Below are positions 55,643 through 63,613 of a DNA stretch of 64,000 nucleotides, piece after piece (position 1 is the stretch's first letter; each line of letters begins with the position of its first letter). The stretch is from an uncultured delta proteobacterium (lineage in GTDB: Bacteria; Myxococcota_A; Polyangia; Polyangiales; Polyangiaceae), in the NCBI GenBank assembly GCA_963782055.1, contig CAWAIF010000003.1, positions 2,592,001 to 2,656,000 on the forward strand, in the 5' to 3' direction. Position numbers and translations under genes: made by a program. The notes beneath the pieces were generated by a model. It did no database searches, had not been told where the DNA came from, and was given only the letters and a program-made list of their open reading frames with translations.

Positions 55643-56797
55643 TCACGGCTCCAGCGCGTCCTCTGCGCCGGCCGGCGCCACCAGGCTGTCGGCCAGGAAG
55701 AGGAGGCCGGTGAAGTCCTCGATCGCGCCCTCGAGCTGGGGCGTGGCCACCGCGTCCCCGCCGCGGGCGCGCAGCTCGGCCAGGAGCTTGCGGTCGCGGT
55801 CGGCGAGCTTGCGCTCCTCGTTGGCGATGGCGATCAGCTTGGCGAGGGCGCTCCGCTGCACCGGCGTCGCGTGGAGCCCGAGGTCGATGCTCTCCGGCGC
55901 GCGCAGGCCGCGTGTGTACGCCCAGCTCCGGTTGAGGATGTGGCCGGCGAAGGGCAGGCGCATGTCGACGAGCTTCTCGTGGAGGAAGGCCCCCTCGATC
56001 ATCGCGGAGGGGTCCGGGCTGGTGACGACGAGGAAGGCGGACGCGTCGGACATGAGGAGTTGCCGCACCGCCTCGGAGTGCGCGCGCATCGAGGAGAACA
56101 TGCCGGAGAAGGCGCCGAGGAAGCCCTGGATCTCCTCGAAGAAGCCCTCCCCGAAGACGCGGCCGAAGATGCCGGTCACCAGCCCGCGCGCGCGGTTCCA
56201 GAACATACCGCCGCCGCCGCCACCGTGGGGCAGGAAGACGCCGATGATCTTGTCGTCGAGGAAGAGCGCGAGCTTGCGCGGCGCCTCCAGGAACTCGAGC
56301 GCGTTGCGCGAGGGCGGCGTGTCCAGCACCACCAGGTCGTACTCGCCGCTCTCGACGAAGGTGTAGAGCGCCTCGGCCGCGGTGTACTCCTGCATGCCGG
56401 CGACGAGGCCGGAGAGCGCGCGGTAGATGCGGTTCTCCAGGATGGCGTTGGCGCGCTCCTCGCTCTCGGCGAGGCGCCGCACCATGGACTCGAAGACGAC
56501 GCGCGGGTCGAGCATCCAGGCGGCGAGCTTGCCGGTGGCGCCCGCCTCGTGCAGGCGGGGGTCGGTGACGGGCGCCGGGGCGCGACCGCTCTCCGGGATG
56601 CCCATCGCCTCGGCGAGGCGGCGCGCGGGATCGATGGTGAGCACGAGCACCCGCCGCCCGAGCGTCGCCGCCGCGATGCCCAGGGCTGCCGCCGTCGTGG
56701 TCTTGCCCACGCCGCCTGCGCCGCAGCACACCACCACGCGCTTCTCGCGCAGCAGCGCGGCGAGGTACGGCGGGGCGTTGGGGCGGCGGTCGCTCAC
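55643..56797 (-). CDS. ArsA/Get3-family ATPase (BagB/Rv3680-like)
   Basis: VVCCGAGGVGKTT, LTIDPARRLA, GMQEY, VLDTPP. Confidence 0.85.
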   Translation of the reverse strand: MSDRRPNAPPYLAALLREKRVVVCCGAGGVGKTTTAAALGIAAATLGRRVLVLTIDPARRLAEAMGIPESGRAPAPVTDPRLHEAGATGKLAAWMLDPRVVFESMVRRLAESEERANAILENRIYRALSGLVAGMQEYTAAEALYTFVESGEYDLVVLDTPPSRNALEFLEAPRKLALFLDDKIIGVFLPHGGGGGGMFWNRARGLVTGIFGRVFGEGFFEEIQGFLGAFSGMFSSMRAHSEAVRQLLMSDASAFLVVTSPDPSAMIEGAFLHEKLVDMRLPFAGHILNRSWAYTRGLRAPESIDLGLHATPVQRSALAKLIAIANEERKLADRDRKLLAELRARGGDAVATPQLEGAIEDFTGLLFLADSLVAPAGAEDALEP

Positions 56798-57705
56798 GCC
56801 GGACCTCCCAGCAGGGCGGCGGCGACCTCTCTCGAGACGTCACCGCGCTCCCCCATCTCGGGCACGGTGCGTACGTCCAGGCCGTGCTCGTCGCGCAGGC
56901 GGACGACGGCGTGGCGGGCGTGGTCGATGCGAGGCAGCCGGCGCGCACCCAGCATGCGCACCTTGTCCTGCACCAGCGCGTCGATCGCCGCGCGCTCGTC
57001 GACGGTGAAGGGGTCGTGCGGGACGCGGTTGAGGACGATCTGCGAGAACGGAATGCGGTGGGTGTGGATGTGCAACACCAGCTCGATGGCCTCGCTCACC
57101 GGCAGGATCTCCGGGAGCGTCACGACCACGCTCGTCGTCTTCGCAGGGTCCCGCAGGAGCTTCAGTCCCTCCTGCACGGCGTCGTGGATGGGGCCGGAGT
57201 GGATGACGTCGACGATCGCGTCGGGGATCTGCGCGAGCCCCAGCGCGTGGCCGGTCGCCGGGAGGTCGACCACCATCACCTCGTGCTCGACCTCCCCGTC
57301 GCTGCGCGTACGGCGGAGCAGGTCCAGCATGCGATAGAGGATCCCCATCTCGGCGAGGGTCGGGGCGGCGAGGAGGAAGCGGCGCACCGCGGCCGCCTTC
57401 ATCGCGGCGTCGGCGAGCATGCGCATGGGGAGCGTGTCGCGGAGGAAGCTGAGGTGTCCCGCGTGGGGCGTGAGCATCACGCCCTGGAGGTTGGGCGCCA
57501 GGCTCTGCGGCTCCTCCGCGAAGAGGGTGGTGCCCAGGGCGCGCGCGAGCGGCGAGGTGGACTGGGGCTCGAAGCTCACCTCCGCGGCGAGCACCCGCTT
57601 CCCCGCCTCGGCCGCGGCGCGCGCCAGCCCCGCCGCGACCGTGGTCTTGCCCACGCCGCCCTTGCCGGTGACCAGGATCGCTCGGCGGGTGAAGAGATGG
57701 TGCAC
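56794..57705 (-). CDS. ArsA/Get3-family ATPase (BagA/Rv3679-like)
   Basis: VTGKGGVGKTT, VDLPATGH, VTLPEILPVSE, VLNR; GTGA overlap with partner. Confidence 0.85.
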   Translation of the reverse strand: MHHLFTRRAILVTGKGGVGKTTVAAGLARAAAEAGKRVLAAEVSFEPQSTSPLARALGTTLFAEEPQSLAPNLQGVMLTPHAGHLSFLRDTLPMRMLADAAMKAAAVRRFLLAAPTLAEMGILYRMLDLLRRTRSDGEVEHEVMVVDLPATGHALGLAQIPDAIVDVIHSGPIHDAVQEGLKLLRDPAKTTSVVVTLPEILPVSEAIELVLHIHTHRIPFSQIVLNRVPHDPFTVDERAAIDALVQDKVRMLGARRLPRIDHARHAVVRLRDEHGLDVRTVPEMGERGDVSREVAAALLGGPA

Positions 57706-57764
57706 GGGGTGTGAAGGGTCACCATACCATCCCGCCTCGAGCTTTCCGAACGTGCGGGCCCGCT

Positions 57765-58361
57765 TCACTTCGAGGTGCCGCCGCCGGCGTATGCGCGGTC
57801 GAGCGCGGCCTGGTGCCGCTCCCTGTGCGCTTGCGCTCGGCGCGCGCGATCCCTGCCCTTGAGGACCCAGAAGCCATACTCGGTGAGCCTGTCGAGCGTC
57901 GCCTCGTCGCCGAAGCCGAGCCGGATGCGCATGCAGAGCGCCTCGATGTGCCGGCGTGCGCTGGCGCACCGCCGCGGATCGGGCCAGCGACGCTCCCCCG
58001 GCGCAAGCGCGCCGTCGAGCGCCAACCCGACGTGCCCCACCAGCACCAGCCCGTAGTACGCCCTCCGCACCCGCCGGCGCCCCTCCGGCGTGAGCGCCAC
58101 GATGCAGTCGCGCCCGTCCCGCCGCCGCGTCACGAGCCCCAGCTGCTCCAGCGACCGCATCATCCGGCTGATCGTCGACCGCGCGACGCCCAGCGCCCGC
58201 CGGAGCTGACTCTGCAGATGGATGCTCCGCGTCCCCAGCTTGTAGAGCGCATCGAGCAGATCGAACCGCGCCGCCGTGAGCCCCATCGCAGCCAGCGCCC
58301 GCCGCGTGAGCCGGAGCGTCGCGTAGTAAGCCCGCTTGATCGTGAAGAACACAGGGTCCAT
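57765..58361 (-). CDS. MarR-like winged-helix protein
   Basis: GLTAARFDLL, QSQLRRALGVARSTISRMMRSLEQLGLV, VALTPEG. Confidence 0.8.
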   Translation of the reverse strand: MDPVFFTIKRAYYATLRLTRRALAAMGLTAARFDLLDALYKLGTRSIHLQSQLRRALGVARSTISRMMRSLEQLGLVTRRRDGRDCIVALTPEGRRRVRRAYYGLVLVGHVGLALDGALAPGERRWPDPRRCASARRHIEALCMRIRLGFGDEATLDRLTEYGFWVLKGRDRARRAQAHRERHQAALDRAYAGGGTSK

Positions 58362-58373
58362 CCCCCCTCCCAC

Positions 58374-58389
58374 AGCACCCCCCGTGCCA
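58374..58389 (-). promoter_or_regulatory. Possible sigma54 promoter of the MarR-like gene
   Basis: Minus-strand TGGCACGGGGGGTGCT, GG-N10-GC, one mismatch to TTGC. Confidence 0.4.
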
Positions 58390-58496
58390 CCCCCCCCTCT
58401 CCGCAGATTCCCGCTGAAACGTCGAACGGCGAGCGTGCTTGCAATTCGACGCTGGGTGTCCCGGGACAGGAGGAGGGGACGGGGGGGACAGGCGGC

Positions 58497-58656
58497 GCGG
58501 GGGCGTGAGCCGGGGTCGGAGGGACAAAGCGGGGGCGTGAGCCGGGGTCGGAGGGACGGGGCGGGGGCGTGAGCCGGGGTCGGAGGGACAAGGCGGGGGC
58601 GTGAGCCGGGGTCGGAGGGACGGGGCGGGGGCGTGAGCCGGGGTCGGAGGGACGGA
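58497..58656. repeat. Tandem repeat, 5 x 32 bp, G-rich
   Basis: GCGGGGGCGTGAGCCGGGGTCGGAGGGAC plus 3 variable nt (AAA, GGG, AAG, GGG, GGA). Confidence 0.95.
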
Positions 58657-58665
58657 GCGCGTGGG

Positions 58666-59154
58666 TCAGCGGGCGGGCCGCTGGTAGTGCCCGGACTTGC
58701 CGCCCGACTTCTCCAGAAGCGAGACCTCGAAGGTGATCGCGCGGTCCACCGCCTTGAGCATGTCGTAGACGGTGAGGGCCGCGGCGGAGGCGGCGACCAT
58801 GGCCTCCATCTCGACGCCCGTGCGGTCGCGCGCCTCGGCGGTCGCCGTGACACGCAGCACGCCCGCCTTCCACGCGAAGTCGACGGTGACCCTGGTGAGC
58901 GCGAGGGTGTGACAGAGCGGGATCCAGTCCGGCGTTCGCTTCGCCGCCTGGATCCCCGCGATGCGCGCGGTCGCCAGCACGTCCCCCTTCGCGACGGAGC
59001 CCCCGCGGATCTGCGCGGCGGCCTCGCGCGTCATCCGCACCTCCGCCCGCGCGACCGCGACGCGGTGCGTGATCGCCTTGTCCCCCACGTCCACCATGCG
59101 CGCCTCCCCGCGAGAGGAGACGTGGCTCAGGGTCTTCTTGCGGGCGGCCGTCAC
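58666..59154 (-). CDS. moaC: Cyclic pyranopterin monophosphate synthase
   Basis: ARMVDVGDK, KGDVLATARIAGIQAAK, IPLCH, TGVEMEA, YDMLKAVD, KSGGKSG. Confidence 0.95.
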   Translation of the reverse strand: MTAARKKTLSHVSSRGEARMVDVGDKAITHRVAVARAEVRMTREAAAQIRGGSVAKGDVLATARIAGIQAAKRTPDWIPLCHTLALTRVTVDFAWKAGVLRVTATAEARDRTGVEMEAMVAASAAALTVYDMLKAVDRAITFEVSLLEKSGGKSGHYQRPAR

Positions 59155-60353
59155 AGCCCCAGCTCCGTGAAGGGGATGACGTCCACCACCGCGCCCGAGG
59201 GAAGCGACGCCGCGTCGGCGGGGAGGAGCGCGAAGGCGTCGGCGCGCGCGATCCCCAGCGCCGAGCCGCTCGCCTGGTGCGGCGATAGTTTCGCCTGCCA
59301 ATCATCTCCCTCGCGCACCAGGGTGGCGCGCGCGAACTCCAGCCGTCCCGGGGTGCGCGTCACGCCGTCTGCCAGGCGCGCGCGCAGGACCGAGGGCAGG
59401 GGACGCGCGTCGCCCTGCAGCGCGCGCAGGACCGGTACGCCGAAGAGGGAGAAGGTGACCATGGCGGAGGCCGGGTTGCCCGGGAGCCCGAGGGTCACCG
59501 TCTCGCCGCGGGTGCCCACGGCCAGCGGCTTGCCCGGCTTGATGGCCACGCGCCAGAAGTCCAGCGTCACTCCGTTCGCCTCCAGCGCGGGGCGGACGTG
59601 ATCGTGCACGCCGACGCTGACGCCGCCAATGGTGACCAGGACGTCGCAACCCTCGAGCGCGCTCGCCACCGCCTCGCGCGTCGTGTCCGCGTCGTCCTTC
59701 GCGGGGCGGCGTACCTCCACGATGGCGCCCGCGCGACGGGCGATGGCGGCGATGGCGATGGTGTTGGACTCCGGGATGGTGCCGGGCTCGCCGGGCCCGC
59801 CCGGATCGCGCAGCTCGCTCCCGGTCGCGAGCACGGTGACCCGCGGCGCGCCGCCGACCAGCGCGCTCGTCGCGTCCAGGCTGGCGAGCACGCTGAGAGC
59901 GCCTGGACCCAGGCGCGTGCCCCTCCGCAGCGCCACGTCACCCTTGCGCAGGTCGTCGCCGGCGTGACGAACGCACGCCCTCGGGTGAGCGGCGGCGACG
60001 AAGGTCACGTCCTCGCCGTCGCGCGTCGCCTCCTCCTGCGGGATCACCGTGTCGGCGCCGGCGGGCACCGGGGCGCCCGTGAAGATGCGCATCGCCGTGC
60101 CTTCACGCAGCGGCGGCGGCACCTCCCCGGTGCGGCTCTCCCCCACGACGGGCATCGCCTTGCCGCCGACGACCTCCGCGGCGCGCACCGCGTAGCCGTC
60201 CATCGTGCTCGCGTCGAAGGCCGGCACGTTCGCGGGCGCCACGGCGTCCTCGGCGAGCACGCGCCAGGCGGCGTCGGCCAGCGCCACGCGCTCGGACTGC
60301 AGCGGGCGCGCGAGGGCGAGCAGCCGCGCGCGCGCTTCGTCGAAGGGCAGCAT
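59151..60353 (-). CDS. moeA: Molybdopterin molybdenumtransferase
   Basis: STMDGYA, IFTGAPVP, TGSEL, GGVSVG, IKPGKP, LPGNP. Confidence 0.95.
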   Translation of the reverse strand: MLPFDEARARLLALARPLQSERVALADAAWRVLAEDAVAPANVPAFDASTMDGYAVRAAEVVGGKAMPVVGESRTGEVPPPLREGTAMRIFTGAPVPAGADTVIPQEEATRDGEDVTFVAAAHPRACVRHAGDDLRKGDVALRRGTRLGPGALSVLASLDATSALVGGAPRVTVLATGSELRDPGGPGEPGTIPESNTIAIAAIARRAGAIVEVRRPAKDDADTTREAVASALEGCDVLVTIGGVSVGVHDHVRPALEANGVTLDFWRVAIKPGKPLAVGTRGETVTLGLPGNPASAMVTFSLFGVPVLRALQGDARPLPSVLRARLADGVTRTPGRLEFARATLVREGDDWQAKLSPHQASGSALGIARADAFALLPADAASLPSGAVVDVIPFTELGL

Positions 60354-60401
60354 GGCCGTTACGGTAGCCGACGGCGCGCCCGGATCCTATGCTCGGCGCG
60401 C

Positions 60402-61262
60402 ATGGTGTCCATCGCGACATGGCGGCAGCGGGGGACGACGGTGGACACGCCCGACGGGCGCGTCTTCGCGATCGAGGCGGGGCAGGGCGACGCCACGCCC
60501 GTGCTCCTGCTCCACGGCTTCCCCACCTCCAGCTGGGACTTCGCGTCGGTCTTCAATCGCCTCGCCACCGGCCGGCGGGTGGTCGCCTTCGACTTCATCG
60601 GCTTTGGTCTCTCGGAGAAGCCGGAGGCCTTCGGCTACTCGCTGTTCGAGCAGGCCGACGTGGCCACCCTCGTCGCGCGCGCGACGAAGCTCCGGCGCGT
60701 GCACCTGGTCGCGCACGACATGGGCACGAGCGTCGCCACCGAGCTGCTCGCCCGCCGCGAGCGCGGCCTGCTCCCCTTCGAGATGGCCAGCCTCACCCTG
60801 ATGAACGGCAGCGTGCACATCGAGATGGCCAGCCTCACCGTCGGCCAGCGGCTGCTCAAGTCGCCGCTGGGTGATCTGTTCGCGCGCCTCAACAGTCGCG
60901 TCACCTTCAAGGTGCAGATCAAGCGCGTCTTCGCCAAGCCCCCGCCCGAGGCCGACCTGGATACCATGTGGGACCTGCTCTCCAGGGAGGACGGCGCCCT
61001 GCGGCTCCCGCAGATCATCGGCTACACGGCCGAGCGCGCACGGTTCGCCCGGCGGTGGGTGGGCGCCCTGGAGCGGCTGGACATGCCCGCGCTCGTCGCC
61101 TGGGGCGAGCAGGACCCGGTGGCGGTGCTGGAGATCGGCCGGGCGCTTGCCAGGGAGATCCCGGGGGCGACGCTGCTGACCTGGCCCGAGCTGGGCCACT
61201 ACCCGCAGGTCGAGGACCCGGGAAAGGTGGCCACGGCCCTGGAGGCCTTCCTCCCGCGCTGA
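60402..61262 (+). CDS. Alpha/beta hydrolase (epoxide hydrolase/MEST-like)
   Basis: LLHGFPTSSWD, DFIGFG, AHDMG (Asp nucleophile), GHYPQVE. Confidence 0.9.
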   Translation: MVSIATWRQRGTTVDTPDGRVFAIEAGQGDATPVLLLHGFPTSSWDFASVFNRLATGRRVVAFDFIGFGLSEKPEAFGYSLFEQADVATLVARATKLRRVHLVAHDMGTSVATELLARRERGLLPFEMASLTLMNGSVHIEMASLTVGQRLLKSPLGDLFARLNSRVTFKVQIKRVFAKPPPEADLDTMWDLLSREDGALRLPQIIGYTAERARFARRWVGALERLDMPALVAWGEQDPVAVLEIGRALAREIPGATLLTWPELGHYPQVEDPGKVATALEAFLPR

Positions 61263-61361
61263 GGTCGTAAAGGTACGTGAAGACGGGCCGGCAGGGCCTC
61301 GAGGCGTTTGCCGACGCTCTCGCCCCGAACTATCCTCCGCCACTGAGGCCGGCACCCACCC

Positions 61362-62726
61362 ATGTCCGTCTACAAAGCACTGGGTGTGTCGCTCCCGGCC
61401 GAGAGCCGCCGGCACCACCTCGACCTGCACCCGTGGGATCGCGTCCACCGTGCGGCCATCCTGGGCGGGCTCGGGTGCGTCGTGTACTTCACCATGCGCT
61501 GGCGCGTCTTCCAGCCGCTGCTCGCCTCCGCCGAGCAGCACCACTGGCTGCGCTTCCTGGTGCACCCGAGCCTCTTGTGGGTGGCGATGGGCACGGTGAT
61601 GCTCGCCTTCCGCACCCTGCTCTGGTTCCGCTACCGCACCCCCGCATCCGCCGACTTCGCCTCGGCGCCCGCGCTGACGGTGATCATCCCCGCGTACAAC
61701 GAGGGGCCGATGGTCGCCGCCTCCATCGACTCGGTGGCCTCCGCCGACTACCCGCGTGACCGGCTGGAGATCTTCGTCGTCGACGACGGCAGCCGCGACG
61801 ACACCTGGGTGCACATCCAGGCCGCCGCCGCGCGCCATCCCGGTGTGGTGACCGCGCTGCGCTTCCCCGACAATCGCGGCAAGCGCGCGGCGCTGGAGGC
61901 GGGGTTCCGCAAGGCGCGCGGCGAGGTGGTGGTCACCATCGACTCCGACAGCGTCATCGAGCCCGGCACCCTGCTGGCGATGGCGGGCCCCTTCCGCGAC
62001 CCGCGCGTCGGCGCCGTCGCGGGGAAGGTGACCGTCCTCAACCGCGACGACGGCTTCATCCCGCGCATGCTCAAGGTCCGCTACGCGCTCTCCTTCGACT
62101 TTCTGCGCGCGGTGCAGTCCACCTACGGCACCGTCTACTGCTGCCCGGGCGCGCTCGCCGGCTACCGCGCCAGCGTGGTTCGCGAGGTCCTGGACGCGTG
62201 GATGGCCCAGCGCTTCCTGGGTGTCGGCTGCACCTACGGCGAGGACCGGTCGATGACCAACTTCATCCTCGCCGAGGGCTTCGACACCCTCTACCAGCGC
62301 GCCGCCGTCGTCCACACGGTGGTCCCGACGACGTACACGCGCCTCTGCAAGATGCTCCTGCGCTGGGACCGGAGCTACGTGCGCGAGGAGCTGCGCTTCG
62401 CGCGCAGCGTCCTCTGGAGGCGCCGCGGCCGCTCGCGCGTCATCGCCACGGCCGACGTCTTCATCTCCAACATGCGCTTCCCGGTGGCCATCGCCAGCCT
62501 CGCCACCCTCGTCGCCATGGTCGCCTGGCACCCCGCCGTGCTGGTGCGGCTGCTCTTCGTCATCGGCGCGATGGCCTGCTTCAACATGCTCTACTACCTG
62601 CGCAGCGAGCGCTCCTGGGACTTCGTCTACGGGATCCTCTTCTCCTATCTCTCGGCCTTCGGCCTGTTCTGGATCTTCCCCTACGCGGTGGTGACCGCCC
62701 GGGCGCGGGGCTGGTTGACGCGGTGA
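61362..62726 (+). CDS. Processive GT2 glycosyltransferase, hyaluronan synthase/NodC-like
   Basis: IIPAYNE, VDDGS, GKR, DSDS, CCPGALAGYR, YGEDRSMTN, MLLRW; N- and C-terminal TMs; ends GWLTR. Confidence 0.88.
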   Translation: MSVYKALGVSLPAESRRHHLDLHPWDRVHRAAILGGLGCVVYFTMRWRVFQPLLASAEQHHWLRFLVHPSLLWVAMGTVMLAFRTLLWFRYRTPASADFASAPALTVIIPAYNEGPMVAASIDSVASADYPRDRLEIFVVDDGSRDDTWVHIQAAAARHPGVVTALRFPDNRGKRAALEAGFRKARGEVVVTIDSDSVIEPGTLLAMAGPFRDPRVGAVAGKVTVLNRDDGFIPRMLKVRYALSFDFLRAVQSTYGTVYCCPGALAGYRASVVREVLDAWMAQRFLGVGCTYGEDRSMTNFILAEGFDTLYQRAAVVHTVVPTTYTRLCKMLLRWDRSYVREELRFARSVLWRRRGRSRVIATADVFISNMRFPVAIASLATLVAMVAWHPAVLVRLLFVIGAMACFNMLYYLRSERSWDFVYGILFSYLSAFGLFWIFPYAVVTARARGWLTR

Positions 62727-62756
62727 GCGGGGGCGCCCCCGGCCAAGGCGGGCCAG

Positions 62757-62784
62757 CCGTGACCGAACCGTGACCGAACCGTGA
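62757..62784. promoter_or_regulatory. 11-bp direct repeats upstream of the desaturase
   Basis: CCGTGACCGAA CCGTGACCGAA CCGTGA. Confidence 0.55.
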
Positions 62785-62823
62785 TGCCCGGGTGGTGGGC
62801 CGGGAGGCACACTCCTCATCCCC

Positions 62824-63588
62824 GTGATCATCCTCGTCTTCTTCGTCGCCCACTGGCAGCTCTCGGTGTTCTTCCAGAGCTTTTTCCTGCACCGCTACGG
62901 CGCGCACAAGCAGTTCACGATGAGCCCCCGCTGGGAGCGCGCGTTCCACCTGCTCACCTACCTGGTGCAGGGGCCGAGCTTCCTCTCGGCGCGCGCCTAC
63001 GCGATCCTGCACCGGATGCATCACGCCTTCAGCGACACGCCGAAGGACCCCCACTCGCCGGAGAACTACTCCAACGCGATGACGATGATGCTGGCGACGA
63101 AGAAGTCGTACGACGACTTCGCCTACCGCCGCGCCGAGCCGGAGGCCCGCTTCGACGGCGGCGTGCCCGACTGGCCGCTGCTCGACCGCGTGAGCCAGTC
63201 GTGGGTGGCGCGCATCGCGTGGGGCGCCCTGTACACTCTCTTCTACGTGCGCTTCGCCACGCATCCCTGGATGTTCGCGCTGCTGCCCTTCCATTTCCTG
63301 ATGGGCCCGGTGCACGGCGCCATCGTCAACTGGTGCGGACACCGCTACGGCTACCGCAACTTCGAGCTGCGCGACGTCTCGCGCAACACCCTGGTGTTCG
63401 ACTTCCTGACGGCGGGCGAGCTCTTCCAGAACAACCACCACAAGTTTGCGATGAGCCCCAACTTCGCCGCGCGCTGGTTCGAGCTCGACCCGACCTACCA
63501 GGTGATGCGTCTGTTGAACCTGGTCGGCATCATCGACATGAGCGGCGCGCAGACGATCTCGTACCGCGAGGAGCTGCAGAGGTCCTGA
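62824..63588 (+). CDS. Membrane fatty acid (acyl-CoA) desaturase
   Basis: His boxes HRYGAH, HRMHH, QNNHH; DPHSP; WFELDP. Confidence 0.9.
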   Translation: MIILVFFVAHWQLSVFFQSFFLHRYGAHKQFTMSPRWERAFHLLTYLVQGPSFLSARAYAILHRMHHAFSDTPKDPHSPENYSNAMTMMLATKKSYDDFAYRRAEPEARFDGGVPDWPLLDRVSQSWVARIAWGALYTLFYVRFATHPWMFALLPFHFLMGPVHGAIVNWCGHRYGYRNFELRDVSRNTLVFDFLTAGELFQNNHHKFAMSPNFAARWFELDPTYQVMRLLNLVGIIDMSGAQTISYREELQRS

Positions 63589-63613
63589 GCCTTCGGCGGG
63601 GCGCTCGCCGCGA

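Noticed and set aside
55643..57705. Arsenic-resistance operon
   Set aside because: No arsB/acr3/arsC/arsR/arsD; single-domain ATPases resembling BagAB
58428..58442. Plus-strand sigma54 promoter GGCGAGCGTGCTTGC
   Set aside because: GG-to-GC spacing is 11 rather than 10, and no plus-strand gene follows
58497..58656. CRISPR array
   Set aside because: Units are separated by only 3 variable nt, with no unique spacers and no cas genes; it is a tandem repeat
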